64,000 nucleotides of DNA, taken from Candidatus Eiseniibacteriota bacterium (GTDB lineage: Bacteria; Eisenbacteria; RBG-16-71-46; CAVPCR01). A program made the position numbers and the translations under genes. Below are positions 1 to 10,381 of the stretch, piece after piece. The notes under the pieces are model-generated. The model saw nothing but the letters and a program-made list of their open reading frames with translations. It did no database searches and was not told where the DNA came from. The stretch is from the NCBI GenBank assembly GCA_963702435.1, contig CAVPCR010000004.1, forward strand, positions 672,001 to 736,000. The letters run 5' to 3'. Position 1 is the first letter of the stretch; every line of letters begins with the position of its first letter.

Positions 1-432
1 GTCGGACCGGACTGGGTACGGGTCCACGGGAACCCGCGCCCGCGCGCGGCCGACGTGCACACCGACTTCTATCCGGGCTTTCCCACCGACCTGCAGGCGC
101 AGGTGATGGCGATGGCGGCCTGCGCGCGCGGCACCACGATCATCAGCGAGGGGATCTACAACGATCGCTTCACGCACGTGCCGGAGCTCGTGCGCCTCGG
201 GGCCCGGATCCAGGTGACCGAGGGCACCGCCACCGTCGAGGGCGTCGAGCGGCTCTCCGGCGCGCAGGTCATGGCCTCCGATCTCCGCGCCTCGGCGGCG
301 CTCATCCTGGGCGGACTCATCGCGGACGGCGAGACCGTTGTCTCGCGCGTCTACCACATCGATCGCGGCTACGAGTCGATCGAGAAGAAGCTGAACGCGA
401 TCGGGGCGCGCATCACGCGCGTGCGCGAGTAG
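1..432 (+). CDS. murA: UDP-N-acetylglucosamine 1-carboxyvinyltransferase, 3' part (truncated by the window edge)
   Basis: Motifs [47 protein letters not shown]; frame is open from base 1. Confidence 0.97.
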   Translation, partial: VGPDWVRVHGNPRPRAADVHTDFYPGFPTDLQAQVMAMAACARGTTIISEGIYNDRFTHVPELVRLGARIQVTEGTATVEGVERLSGAQVMASDLRASAALILGGLIADGETVVSRVYHIDRGYESIEKKLNAIGARITRVRE

Positions 433-460
433 GGCTGGCGGCGGCGGGCGACGGCGAGAC

Positions 461-1024
461 ATGAGCGCGCGTCCACTCCTGGTCGGGCTGATCGCCGACA
501 CGCACGGCCTCCTGCGCCCGGAGGCGGTGGCCGCGCTCGCCGGGTCGGACCTGATCCTCCATGCGGGGGACATCGGCGGGCCGGAGGTGCTCGCCGCGCT
601 GGCCGCGATCGCCCCGGTCCATGCCGTGCGCGGCAACGACGATCACGGCCCCTGGGCGGCGCTGCTCCCGGCGGCCGACGTGATCGCGGCCGACGGCCCG
701 TCAGGCGCCGTCTCCATCTACCTCCTCCACGACGTGCACGACCTCGATCTGGATCCGCGCGCCGCCGGCTTCGCCGCCGTCGTCTCCGGGCACTCCCACC
801 GCCCATCCATCGCCGAGAAGGACGGCGTCCTCTTCGTGAACCCCGGGAGCGCCGGCCCGCGCCGCTTCACGCTCCCGGTCGCGGTCGCGCGGCTCACGAT
901 CGGGGCGGGCGGTGCCGCGGCACGCGGCACGACGGCCCGCGACGCCACGGCACGCGGCACGACGGCCCGCGACGCCACGGCCGCCGCCCCGCTCCGCGCC
1001 GAGATCCTCACGCTCGCCGTGTAG
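461..1024 (+). CDS. YfcE/MJ0936-family metallophosphoesterase
   Basis: Calcineurin-like motifs IADTH, HAGD, VRGNDD, VSGHSH, NPGSAGPRRF. Confidence 0.9.
   Translation: MSARPLLVGLIADTHGLLRPEAVAALAGSDLILHAGDIGGPEVLAALAAIAPVHAVRGNDDHGPWAALLPAADVIAADGPSGAVSIYLLHDVHDLDLDPRAAGFAAVVSGHSHRPSIAEKDGVLFVNPGSAGPRRFTLPVAVARLTIGAGGAAARGTTARDATARGTTARDATAAAPLRAEILTLAV
918..981 (+). repeat. In-frame 30-bp tandem duplication (ARGTTARDAT x2) near the end of the phosphoesterase
   Basis: cggcacgcggcacgacggcccgcgacgcca at 918-947 and 948-977. Confidence 0.9.
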
Positions 1025-1044
1025 CCCGCCCCGGATCTGCGCTC

Positions 1045-1097
1045 GACTCCTGGAGGGATGGCGCTTCGACGGCGGCGTCACCTGGGACATGAACCGC
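1045..1097 (+). pseudogene. Short remnant of a homolog of the 4853-5971 gene (GWRFDGGVTWDMNR)
   Basis: 1054-1097 matches 5004-5047 at 41/44 nt; all three differences are at synonymous third positions. Confidence 0.8.
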
Positions 1098-1173
1098 CCC
1101 ACCCGCAGCCCTGACCTTGGCGGGCGGGGGAGGCGGCGGCGTTGGCCGCGGCGCCATGCCGGCCCGGCCCGCC

Positions 1174-1245
1174 GGGCGCCCTGCCGCGCAGGGCGCCCCG
1201 CCGCGCAGGGCGCCCTGCCCCGCAGGGCGCCCGGCCCCGCAGGGC
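1174..1245 (+). repeat. 17-bp imperfect tandem repeat x4, intergenic
   Basis: gggcgccc(t/c/g)gcc(g/c)cgca units at 1174, 1191, 1208, 1225. Confidence 0.85.
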
Positions 1246-1444
1246 CGAGGGGCTCCCCCCGCGTGGGCGCCAAGGGCGGGAGGAGGAGGCTCATTTGTGA
1301 TGGAGCTTTTGGCTGCAGGCCGCTAAACTTGTGGGGCTAGTCTGCACCCTTCAAGCCCCCACCCCGGATGCCCGGAGCACGCCCGGGCGACTCGGCCACT
1401 GTCACCAGTCGAGTGGAAGCCCGCACCGAGAGGAATTGGAAGAC

Positions 1445-3913
1445 ATGCAAACCGCGCTTGGACGCACGATCACGCTCTGCACTATCAGTCTCGTTGCCGG
1501 GCTCGGGCTGGCAGCGAGTGCCCTGGCCGCCGAGGCCCCCCGCACCATCGACGACGTCCATGCCCTCGCCCGCCGGGGCGAGGCGGCCAACGTGAGGACG
1601 ATCGAGGTTCCGGGCACGTCCACCGTGCTCGCCACCTGGGATGCACTGAGCGGCAGCGCCCTGGTCCCCCACTTCGGGATCAGCCTCGACGGGCAGTCCC
1701 TGGTGCGGATCGCCGAGCCCGTGTACGAGATCGGGCTCCGCTACGCCCGGTTCGATCCGCTGGTGAACGTGCCTGCCGTCGACGCCGGACTCGCCGCTCG
1801 CGACGGGAATCAGCTCTTCCTGGTCCAGTTCGTCACCCAGCCTCTCCCGGTCTTCGACCGCCAGATCGCCGAGCGCGGCGGCGTCGTGCGCCACTACGTG
1901 GCCAACTACGCCTACCTGGTTGAAGCGGATTCCAAGGAGATCGCGGAGATCGCCTCGCTTCCCTATGTGCGCTGGATCGGTCCCTACCATGCGGCCTACC
2001 GTCTCGAGGAATTCCTCATCGAGAACCTGGATCGCGCAGAGCTCCTCCCGAGCCTGACGTACAACATCATGGTCCTGGCCGAGGAGCAGAAGGCGGCCGT
2101 GGCCGCCCGCATCGAGTCCACGGGCGGCAGGGTGCGGCGGGCCGACGCCGGCAAGCTCCTCGTCGAGGCGGTGCTCACCCCGTCCGAGCTCCGCGCGGTG
2201 TCCGGCTGGAACGAGGTGCTGTTCATCGACCGCTGGGGGCCGTACGAGGCCGACATGGACATCGCCCGCCAGATCGGCGGCGCCAACTTCATCGAGAGCG
2301 TCGCCGGCTATGCCGGCCAGGGGGTGCGCGCCGAGGTCTTCGACGCGGGGTTCAATCTCGGCCACCTGGACTTCCAGTCGCGCCCGCTCATCACCCATGG
2401 CACGGTGAACACGGACTCGCACGGCGCCTCGACCTCCGGCATCAGCTTCGGCGATGGCACCGGGAATCCGGCCGGCCGCGGCATGATGCCGGCGTCGCAG
2501 GGGATCGTCGCCGACTACGACTTCTTCGGCCTGTCGGGCACCAACCGCTACCAGGGTGCGCTCCAGCTCCTGGCTCCGCCCTATGAGGCCGTGTACCAGA
2601 CGTCGAGCGTCGGCAGCCCGCGCACGCGCACATACGACACGATCTCGGCCGAGCAGGACCAGATGCTCTTCGATGTGGACATCATCTTCTGCCAGTCGCA
2701 GAGCAACGCCGGGAATCAGGATTCGCGGCCGCAGGCGTGGGCCAAGAACGCGGTCTCCGGCGGCGGGGTCTACCATCGCAACACCCTGACCAAGGCCGAC
2801 GACTGCTGGTGCAACGGCGCGAGCATCGGCCCCGCAACGGACGGGCGGATCAAGCCGACGCTGACCCACTTCTACGACCTGATCTTCTCGCCCGGCTGCT
2901 GCGCCAACAACTCCTACACGCAATTCAGCGGGACGAGCGGGGCGACCCCGATCATCTGCGGCCACTTCGGCCTCTTCTACCAGATGTGGGCGGACGGGAT
3001 CTTCGGCAACACGATCCTGGGCGAGATCGGCGTCTTCGGGAACCGGTCCCACGCCAGCACCGCCCGGGCGATGATGATCAACACGGCCGACCAGTACGAC
3101 TGGACGGTGCCGGGCAACACCGATCTCACGCGCTTCCGGCAGGGCTGGGGCATGCCCAACGTGCGGAACATGTACGAGATCCGGGACAATGTCTTCGTCA
3201 TCGACGAGAGCCGCGTCCTCGCGCCGCTCGAGGTGGCGACCTACCAGGTGCCGGTGGCGGCGGGCCGGCCGGCGTTCAAGGCCACCATGGTCTATGCCGA
3301 TCGCCCCGGGAACCCGGCCGTGCAGACGCAGCACCGCGTCAACGACCTCGATCTCAAGGTGATCTCGCCCTCGGGGACGATCTACTCCGGGAACGGCGGA
3401 CTCGTGACCTCGCTGTGGTCGGCTCCCAACACCGCTCCCGACACCAAGAACACCGAGGAGAACGTCTTCGTCCAGAACCCGGAGGCCGGGCTGTGGACGA
3501 TCGAGGTCCGCGCCACCGAGGTCATCCAGGACGGCCACGTGGAGACCCCGGAGATCGACGCGGACTTCGCCCTGGTGGTGACGCCGATCGAGCGCGAGAG
3601 CGCCGGGATCGAGTCGGCGGATGCGGGCGGTCGGCCCCAGCTCCGGCTCGCCGTCCTCGGCATGGGCGCCGGCGTGCCGGCGGCACGGATGTCCTTCGAG
3701 CTTCCGGAGGCGACGCAGGTCGAGCTTCGGGTGTTCGACGTGAGCGGGCGGCTCGTGGCCTCGGTCTACGAGGGGCCGCTCGCGGCAGGGCAGCACACGC
3801 TCGAGTGGACGGGAGTGGATGCGAACGGCCAGGGCGTGAGCGCCGGGCTCTACTTCGCCCAGGTGGTGGCCGGCGAGCGCACGGCCAGCGCCAAGGTCCT
3901 CGTGCTTCCCTAG
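1445..3913 (+). CDS. Secreted S8 (subtilisin-like) serine peptidase with C-terminal FlgD-Ig-like domain
   Basis: Signal peptide; catalytic motifs VFDAG, HGASTSG, GTSGATP; DGRIKP; C-terminal VFDVSGRLV...GLYF; GAGGA upstream of ATG 1445 (the ORF track start at 1331 is probably too early). Confidence 0.9.
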   Translation: MQTALGRTITLCTISLVAGLGLAASALAAEAPRTIDDVHALARRGEAANVRTIEVPGTSTVLATWDALSGSALVPHFGISLDGQSLVRIAEPVYEIGLRYARFDPLVNVPAVDAGLAARDGNQLFLVQFVTQPLPVFDRQIAERGGVVRHYVANYAYLVEADSKEIAEIASLPYVRWIGPYHAAYRLEEFLIENLDRAELLPSLTYNIMVLAEEQKAAVAARIESTGGRVRRADAGKLLVEAVLTPSELRAVSGWNEVLFIDRWGPYEADMDIARQIGGANFIESVAGYAGQGVRAEVFDAGFNLGHLDFQSRPLITHGTVNTDSHGASTSGISFGDGTGNPAGRGMMPASQGIVADYDFFGLSGTNRYQGALQLLAPPYEAVYQTSSVGSPRTRTYDTISAEQDQMLFDVDIIFCQSQSNAGNQDSRPQAWAKNAVSGGGVYHRNTLTKADDCWCNGASIGPATDGRIKPTLTHFYDLIFSPGCCANNSYTQFSGTSGATPIICGHFGLFYQMWADGIFGNTILGEIGVFGNRSHASTARAMMINTADQYDWTVPGNTDLTRFRQGWGMPNVRNMYEIRDNVFVIDESRVLAPLEVATYQVPVAAGRPAFKATMVYADRPGNPAVQTQHRVNDLDLKVISPSGTIYSGNGGLVTSLWSAPNTAPDTKNTEENVFVQNPEAGLWTIEVRATEVIQDGHVETPEIDADFALVVTPIERESAGIESADAGGRPQLRLAVLGMGAGVPAARMSFELPEATQVELRVFDVSGRLVASVYEGPLAAGQHTLEWTGVDANGQGVSAGLYFAQVVAGERTASAKVLVLP

Positions 3914-4055
3914 CTGAGAACCGCACCGATTCATCCGTCGGATGACGCAGCGCCGCGTGGCCGGCCAGGCCACGCGGCGCTGCTGTTTGCGGGCTCGGCG
4001 TCCGCGACGACCGGGCCGGGCGCCACCAAGCGGGACTCGGCGGGCGGGATGCCCG

Positions 4056-4259
4056 GTGGAGGCTCGCAAGCGGATCCGGATCTCCGGCGTGCTGCGCCAG
4101 TCGCTCTACGCGAATGCGGTTGCCAGGCGGGCGCAGGAACGCGGGCTCTGCCCGGCCGCCCGGCGGATCCCGCTGCCGGGGCTCGCGTATCCGGAGAGCC
4201 AGCTCGGTATCCCGCTGCTCCTGCGCGATGATCTGGTCGCCGCGGTGTCAAGCGAGGAG
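4056..4259 (+). pseudogene. Probable remnant of a GAF-domain protein
   Basis: Coding-like GC3; EARKRIRISG...RRIPLPGLAYPESQLGIPLLLRDDLVAAVS resembles the C-terminal half of a GAF domain (SxLxVPL...LVGV); no credible start or end. Confidence 0.5.
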
Positions 4260-4366
4260 TATGATGCGAGCGACCCAGTAGGATCGATCCCTCGCCTGCC
4301 GAGCGATACACCCCATCCAACCGCCCGACGACGAGTCCGGAACGCCACAGGTCCAAGGAGGATGCC

Positions 4367-4831
4367 ATGGACTACCCGGCCACCGGCGTCGCCCGCGTTC
4401 AACCCACCATTCGAGCGTGCTACTCGGCACCCCGCTTCGTGGGCTCGTCGAGAAGAGCGACTCTCGCCTTCGGTGTTCTCATCCTGATTCTTCTGGGCTC
4501 GCCCGATTCACCAGCGGACGCTGCACCGCTTTCCGCAGGATTGGGAGTCGGGGCTCGACGGCTGGCAGATCGAGAACGGCGGGTGGGAAGTCGGCGCGCC
4601 CACCTTCGGGCCCTCGGGGCCGCACGGTGGATCCAGCTGCGCGGGAGCGGAGTTGATGTGGCGGGTCGCGTCGTGCGCGAACTGGTCGGCGCCACACTGC
4701 CGGCCGGCGTCCATAGCGCGGAGTGGGACGGGGCGGACATGCGTGGCCATCGGGTTGCCTCGCGTGTTTACTTCTACCGACTGGAGGCCGGGGGGAAGGC
4801 CTTGACGCGGAGTCTCGCGGTGGTCGAGTGA
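4367..4831 (+). pseudogene. Internally deleted and frameshifted secreted FlgD-Ig protein
   Basis: Signal-like N-terminus; an alternative frame at about 4530-4647 reads FPQDWESGLDGWQIENGGWEVGAPTFGPSGPHGGSSCAG; then an abrupt junction into the FlgD-like tail DVAGRVVRELV...WDG...VYFYRLEAGG. Confidence 0.65.
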
Positions 4832-4852
4832 GCATGAGGGAGGCAAGGGGCC

Positions 4853-5971
4853 ATGATCTTCCTGCAACGCATGCTGCATGCGTCGGCGATCATCCTGTTC
4901 TCGAGTGCGGCCGTCGTGGCAGCCGAACCAGTCGTGCTGCGCACCCAAGTGGTCATGGATCAACAGGGCTTCGGGGAGGAAGCGTTTAGACTCCTCGTGC
5001 CGAAGGGTTGGCGTTTCGACGGCGGGGTCACCTGGGACATGAACCGCTTTCCGGCGGAGGCGTTCACCAGCTACACAGTGACCAGCCCCGACGGCGCCGC
5101 CGTGTTCGAGCAGTTCCCGCACGCGAGCCTGTTCTGGGCGGAGGATCAGATGCTGCAGTACAGCTACTCCCAGAACGGCTTTGCGGTCGCGCAGCCGGTG
5201 AGCGCGGAGCAGGCGTTGCGCGAGTTCTATCTGGGGAACTACCGCCCCGAGGCAGCGGGCGCCGAGATCCTCGAGACCCAGTCGCTGCCGGAACTGGCAC
5301 AGCAAGTTGCGCAGTGGCAGCAGATGCTCATGCGAGTCTTCAGCAGCATCTCGCCGCCGCAGTTCCAGTACGAGATCCGCACCGATGGCGCCCGTGCGAA
5401 GTTCAGCTACACGGTAGCGGACAAGCCGATGATCGAGGACGTTACAGTCGTCATCGTCTACTTCATCGCCTACATGCCGAGCATGTACGGAACCGTGCCG
5501 GCGACCACCTGGATGGCGGCGCCGACCAGCTTCCGGGCACCGGCCGCGGAGATGGACCAGCGGCTCGAGACCTTCCGGGCGATCGCGGCTTCGCGCCTCG
5601 ACAATGCGGTGTGGCACGAGCACATCATGAAGCTCGCCGCGGTCATCACGCGCGAGCAGCTGCGCCAGCAGCAGGCCATCTTCGACCGGCTGAACCAGAT
5701 CCGGCAAACGCAGTCCGAGACGAGCGACATGCTGTTCGAGTCCTGGCAGAAGCGCAGCGCGGCGTATGACCGCATCTTCGACAACTACAGCCAATCCCTG
5801 CGCGGGGTCGAGACGTACTCGGACCCCGTCTCCTCGCGGCAGGTGGAGTTGCCCACGGGGTATCGGCATGCGTGGAGCAACGGCTCCGACTACGTGCTCA
5901 GCGACGATGCCGGCTTCAACCCCAACAGCGGGTCGAGCCAGACCTGGACGGAGATTCATCCGCAGCCCTAG
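4853..5971 (+). CDS. Hypothetical secreted protein with a Gln-rich coiled-coil C-terminal half
   Basis: 372-aa ORF, signal peptide, GGAGG upstream; no family recognised. Confidence 0.8.
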   Translation: MIFLQRMLHASAIILFSSAAVVAAEPVVLRTQVVMDQQGFGEEAFRLLVPKGWRFDGGVTWDMNRFPAEAFTSYTVTSPDGAAVFEQFPHASLFWAEDQMLQYSYSQNGFAVAQPVSAEQALREFYLGNYRPEAAGAEILETQSLPELAQQVAQWQQMLMRVFSSISPPQFQYEIRTDGARAKFSYTVADKPMIEDVTVVIVYFIAYMPSMYGTVPATTWMAAPTSFRAPAAEMDQRLETFRAIAASRLDNAVWHEHIMKLAAVITREQLRQQQAIFDRLNQIRQTQSETSDMLFESWQKRSAAYDRIFDNYSQSLRGVETYSDPVSSRQVELPTGYRHAWSNGSDYVLSDDAGFNPNSGSSQTWTEIHPQP

Positions 5972-6001
5972 CTGAGCGGGCTGATGCTAAACTGGCCGGC
6001 T

Positions 6002-8401
6002 ATGGCTTTCTCCCCCGGCACCCGTCTCGGCACCTACGAGATCACCGGCGCGCTCGGCGCCGGGGGCATGGGCGAGGTCTATCGGGCGCGCGACACCCGC
6101 CTCGGCCGCGAGGTGGCGATCAAGGTGCTCCCCGGAGCGGTGACCTCCTCCGCCGATCGGCTCGCCCGCTTCGAGCGCGAGGCGCGGACGGTCGCCGGGC
6201 TCAACCATCCGAACATCGTCACCCTCTTCGCGGTCGAGGAGGAGGACGGGATCCGTTTCTTGACGATGGAGCTGGTCGAGGGCCAGAGCCTCGACCGCCA
6301 CGTCGTGCCGGGCGGGCTCGCGCTCGCCCGCGTGCTCGAGATCGCGATCCCGCTCGCCAGCGCGCTCATCGCCGCGCACGAGCGCGGCGTTGTCCACCGC
6401 GACCTGAAGCCCGGCAACGTGATGGTGACGCCCGACGGCTGGGTGAAGGTCCTCGACTTCGGGCTGGCGAAGGTCGCCCTGGGGGCGGGCGAGGATCTGG
6501 CCCCCGGGGCGACGATCGCGGCGGGGGCACCCATCTCGGGCGAAGGACAGGTGCTCGGCACGGTGCCCTACATGGCGCCCGAGCAGATTCGCGGCGAGGC
6601 GGTGGATGCGCGCAGCGATCTCTTCGCGCTCGGGATCATCCTCTACGAGCTGGCGACGGGGAGACGGCCATTCACCGGCGTGACCCCGGCCGACGTGAGC
6701 TCGTCCATCCTGAGCGACGTGCCGGTTCCGGTCCTGAACGTTCGCGGAGATCTTCCTCGCGACCTCAATCGAATCATCACGCGGTGCCTCGAGAAGAACC
6801 CGCGCGATCGTTTCCAGACGGCACGCGATGTCTACAACGAGCTCCGGTACGTGAAGCGGGAAATCGAGAGCGGCACGGGCGTCGGGGTGTCGCCACCGAC
6901 GCCGTCGCCGCCGCCGCCGCCACTGACGCCCGTGCCGCCACCAGACCTGCCGACGCCGGCATCTTCTTCCGCACTCGCTTCCCGGGCGGCGCCCGCGAGC
7001 GAGGTTCCCTCGATCGCCGTGCTGCCGTTCGTGAACCGGAGCCGCGACGAAGAGGACGAGTACTTCTCCGACGGCCTCGCCGACGAGCTTCTCAACATGC
7101 TGGCCAAGATCCGCGGCCTGCGCGTGGCGGCGCGCGCATCGTCCTTCCAGTTCAAGGGCAAGAACGAGGACCTCGCGGTGATCGGCGAGAAGCTGAACGT
7201 GGCGACCCTCCTCGACGGCAGCGTGCGCAAGTCGGGGAACCGGGTCCGCATCTCGGTGCAGCTCGTGAAGGCGGCCGACCGCGTACAGCTCTGGTCGGAG
7301 ACGTACGACCGATCGCTCGACGATATCTTCGCCGTGCAGGATGACATCGCGCAGTCGGTGGTGAAGGAACTCCGCACGACGCTCCTCGGCGCGGCGCCGG
7401 ACTCGGATGCCAGCGGGAAGGTCGAGGCCGAGGTCGCCGTCGCGGCGAAGGGGCACGGGCAGAACGCCGAGGCGCATCGCCTCTACCTCCAGGGGAAGTA
7501 CTTCCTCGACCGGCTGACCGAGGAAGACACGATCAAGGGGATGCACTACCTGCAGGAAGCGGTGGCGCTCGACGCCGCCCATGCCGCGGCCTGGGCGGAG
7601 ATCTCGCGGGCGCATGGCAACTCGGGGGGCTACGGCTGGGCTCCGGTCCTCGCCGCCTATCGGAGGGCGCGGGAGGCTGCACAGCACGCGCTCGAGCTGG
7701 CGCCCGACCTGGCCGAGGCACACGTGCAGATGTCCGCCATCCAGAGGATGCACGACCTCGACTGGAAGGGAGCCGAGAGGTCCGCTCGCCGCGCGCTCGA
7801 GCTCGCGCCGGGGAGCGCCGAGGTTCTCCGCTCGGCGGGCGCGCTCGCCCACATGCTCGGCCGGCTCGCGGAGGCGGAGGGGCTCTTCCGCCGGGCCCTG
7901 GAGCAGGATCCGCTCAACTCGGGCGGATACAGCGCGCTCGGGCTCGTCTACCGCTCGATGGACCGGCTGGCGGATGCCGAGAAGGCACTCCGCAAATCAA
8001 TCGAGCTGTCGCCGCAGCGGGTTGCGAGCCATCTGAATCTGGCGGTGGTCCTCGCCGATCAGGGACGAGATCCCGACGCCCTGGCCGCTTGCAGGATGGA
8101 GCCCGCCGAGTGGGCGCGTCTCACCGCTCTCGCTTACGTGCACCACAAGGCGGGTCGCAAGCAGGAAGCAGATACGGCGCTCGCAGAGCTCGAAGCGAGT
8201 CATGCGATCGACTCGGCCTACCAGATCGCGGCGGTTCACTCGGCCCGCGGCGAGGTGGACGCCGGCTTCGCCTGGCTGGACCGGGCGGTCGCGGAGCGCG
8301 ACGCCGGAGCGGCCCAGATGAAGTCCGAGCCGACCTTCCGTTCGCTCCACGGCGACCCACGCTGGGGCGCGCTCCTTGTGAAGATCGGGCTCGCGGACTG
8401 A
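6002..8401 (+). CDS. Hanks-type Ser/Thr protein kinase + TolB_N-like (SIAVLPF) domain + TPR repeats
   Basis: [36 protein letters not shown]; Pro-rich linker; SIAVLPF..YFSDGL; helical repeats. Confidence 0.95.
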   Translation: MAFSPGTRLGTYEITGALGAGGMGEVYRARDTRLGREVAIKVLPGAVTSSADRLARFEREARTVAGLNHPNIVTLFAVEEEDGIRFLTMELVEGQSLDRHVVPGGLALARVLEIAIPLASALIAAHERGVVHRDLKPGNVMVTPDGWVKVLDFGLAKVALGAGEDLAPGATIAAGAPISGEGQVLGTVPYMAPEQIRGEAVDARSDLFALGIILYELATGRRPFTGVTPADVSSSILSDVPVPVLNVRGDLPRDLNRIITRCLEKNPRDRFQTARDVYNELRYVKREIESGTGVGVSPPTPSPPPPPLTPVPPPDLPTPASSSALASRAAPASEVPSIAVLPFVNRSRDEEDEYFSDGLADELLNMLAKIRGLRVAARASSFQFKGKNEDLAVIGEKLNVATLLDGSVRKSGNRVRISVQLVKAADRVQLWSETYDRSLDDIFAVQDDIAQSVVKELRTTLLGAAPDSDASGKVEAEVAVAAKGHGQNAEAHRLYLQGKYFLDRLTEEDTIKGMHYLQEAVALDAAHAAAWAEISRAHGNSGGYGWAPVLAAYRRAREAAQHALELAPDLAEAHVQMSAIQRMHDLDWKGAERSARRALELAPGSAEVLRSAGALAHMLGRLAEAEGLFRRALEQDPLNSGGYSALGLVYRSMDRLADAEKALRKSIELSPQRVASHLNLAVVLADQGRDPDALAACRMEPAEWARLTALAYVHHKAGRKQEADTALAELEASHAIDSAYQIAAVHSARGEVDAGFAWLDRAVAERDAGAAQMKSEPTFRSLHGDPRWGALLVKIGLAD

Positions 8402-8410
8402 GGCGACGAC

Positions 8411-10369
8411 ATGGGATCCGCAATAGGCGCCGAGCGCCACGTCATCCTGGGCACGGCCGGGCACGTCGACCACGGGAAGACCGCGCTCGTCCGCCTCCTG
8501 ACCGGCATCGACACCGACCGCCTCAAGGAGGAGCAGGAGCGCGGGATCTCGATCGAGCTCGGCTTCGCCCATCTCGATCTCCCCTCCGGGCTCCAGGTCG
8601 GCGTCGTCGACGTCCCGGGGCACGAGCGCTTCGTCAAGCACATGCTGGCCGGCGCCGGCGGCATCGACTTCGTGCTCCTCGTCGTCGCCGCCGACGAGGG
8701 GGTGATGCCGCAGACCGTCGAGCATCTCCAGATCGTCGAGATGCTCGGCGTCGAGCGCGGGCTCGTCGCGCTCACCAAGGTGGATCTGGTCGAGCCCGAG
8801 ATGCGCGAGCTCGCCACCCTCGATGTGCGCGAGATCCTCGCGCCCACGCCGTTCGCCGGCTGGCCGCTCTACCCCGTCTCCGCCGTGACCGGCGAGGGGA
8901 AGACCGAGCTCGCCCGCGCCATCGAGGAGCTCGCCCAGGCAGTCGAGGCGCGGACCGGCGCGGGTCCCTTGCGCCTGCCCATCGATCGCGTCTTCGTCAT
9001 GGAAGGATTCGGTACCGTGGTGACGGGCACGCTGTGGCAGGGCACCGCGCGGGAGGGCGATCAGGTGACGGTCCTGCCGGGGGCGCGCCCGGCGCGCGTG
9101 CGGCAGGTGCAGGTGCACGGGCGCAAGGTCCCGGCGGCCGCCGCCGGACAGCGGGTGGCGCTCGCGCTCCACGGGCTCGACAAGGACGAGATCGCGCGCG
9201 GCGACTGGGTGACGACTCCGGGCGCCTTTCGCGAGGCCTCGATCCTCGACGTGCGGCTGCGCGCCGTGGGGCCGGGCGAGCGCACGATCGCGCAGCGCGA
9301 GCGCGTGCGCTTCCATCTCGGCGCGAGCGAGGTGTACGGTCGCGTCACCTTCTTCGGACGGGATGAGCTCGAGCCGGGAGAGGATGATGTGGCGCAGATC
9401 CGGCTCGAGACCCCGGTCGTCGCCGCCCGCGGCGACCGCTTCGTCATCCGCCGGTATTCACCCGTGCGCACGGCGGGTGGCGGCCAGGTGATCGAGGCCG
9501 CCACACAGAAACGCCGGCGCTCCGACGTGGCAGCGGCGCAGGCGCTCGCCGCGCTCGAGCGCGGCTCCGCCGCGGAGCGGATCGCGGCCGCGCTCGCCGG
9601 CCGCCCGGCGCTGGGGCTCACCGTCGAGGAGATCGCCGCCCGCACCGGCACGGCGGGCGCGGAGGTCGAGATCGCGCTCGCCGCGCTCGTCGTGCGCGGC
9701 GAAGCCGCCGAGCTCGGGCGCGGGCGCTATGTGAGCGTTGCCTACCGGGACGAGATCCGCACCGAGATCGAGATGGCCGCCCGTGACTACCAGGGGCGCT
9801 ATCCCCTTCGTCACGGCATCCCGCGCGGCGAGCTCAGGAGCCGGTTCGCCGGGCGGCTCAAGCCCGAGGCGTTGGATGCGCTGGTCGAGACGCTCGTCGC
9901 GCAGGGCGTGCTCTTTCCGCGCGAGGACCGGCTCCGGCTCGGCGAGCCTGCGCTCGCGCTCCCGCCACGGCTCCGCACGGCGGCCGATCGGCTCCGCGCG
10001 ATCCTTCTCGAGACGGGCTACTCCGTGCCGTCGATCAAGGAAGCGCTCGCGCGCGCGGGCGCCACGGCGGGGCCGGAGGGACAGGAGCTCATCGGGTATC
10101 TCGCCGGGGAAGGCGAGATCGTGCGGCTCGCCGACGATCTCCTCTACACGCGCGAACAGCTCGCGCGTCTCGAGAGCGAGGTCACCGCGGTGCTCCGCGC
10201 GAAGGGCGAGCTCACGGTCGCCGACTTCAAGACGATCACCGGCGTGAGCCGGAAGTACGCGGTGCCGCTCCTCGAGTATCTCGACGGCCGCGGGGTGACG
10301 CGGCGGAGCGGCGACAATCGCGTGCCCGGGCGGCTCCTGGCCGCCGGCGGCCCGGGCGCCCCATGCTAG
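8411..10369 (+). CDS. selB: Selenocysteine-specific translation elongation factor SelB
   Basis: [47 protein letters not shown]-terminal winged-helix motif [13 protein letters not shown]. Confidence 0.97.
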   Translation: MGSAIGAERHVILGTAGHVDHGKTALVRLLTGIDTDRLKEEQERGISIELGFAHLDLPSGLQVGVVDVPGHERFVKHMLAGAGGIDFVLLVVAADEGVMPQTVEHLQIVEMLGVERGLVALTKVDLVEPEMRELATLDVREILAPTPFAGWPLYPVSAVTGEGKTELARAIEELAQAVEARTGAGPLRLPIDRVFVMEGFGTVVTGTLWQGTAREGDQVTVLPGARPARVRQVQVHGRKVPAAAAGQRVALALHGLDKDEIARGDWVTTPGAFREASILDVRLRAVGPGERTIAQRERVRFHLGASEVYGRVTFFGRDELEPGEDDVAQIRLETPVVAARGDRFVIRRYSPVRTAGGGQVIEAATQKRRRSDVAAAQALAALERGSAAERIAAALAGRPALGLTVEEIAARTGTAGAEVEIALAALVVRGEAAELGRGRYVSVAYRDEIRTEIEMAARDYQGRYPLRHGIPRGELRSRFAGRLKPEALDALVETLVAQGVLFPREDRLRLGEPALALPPRLRTAADRLRAILLETGYSVPSIKEALARAGATAGPEGQELIGYLAGEGEIVRLADDLLYTREQLARLESEVTAVLRAKGELTVADFKTITGVSRKYAVPLLEYLDGRGVTRRSGDNRVPGRLLAAGGPGAPC

Positions 10370-10381
10370 AGTGATGTGACC

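Noticed and set aside
1025..5000. IS element, integron or diversity-generating retroelement explaining the 44-bp duplicated segment
   Set aside because: No transposase, integrase or reverse transcriptase is present. The differences are synonymous rather than adenine-specific as in DGR TR/VR pairs.
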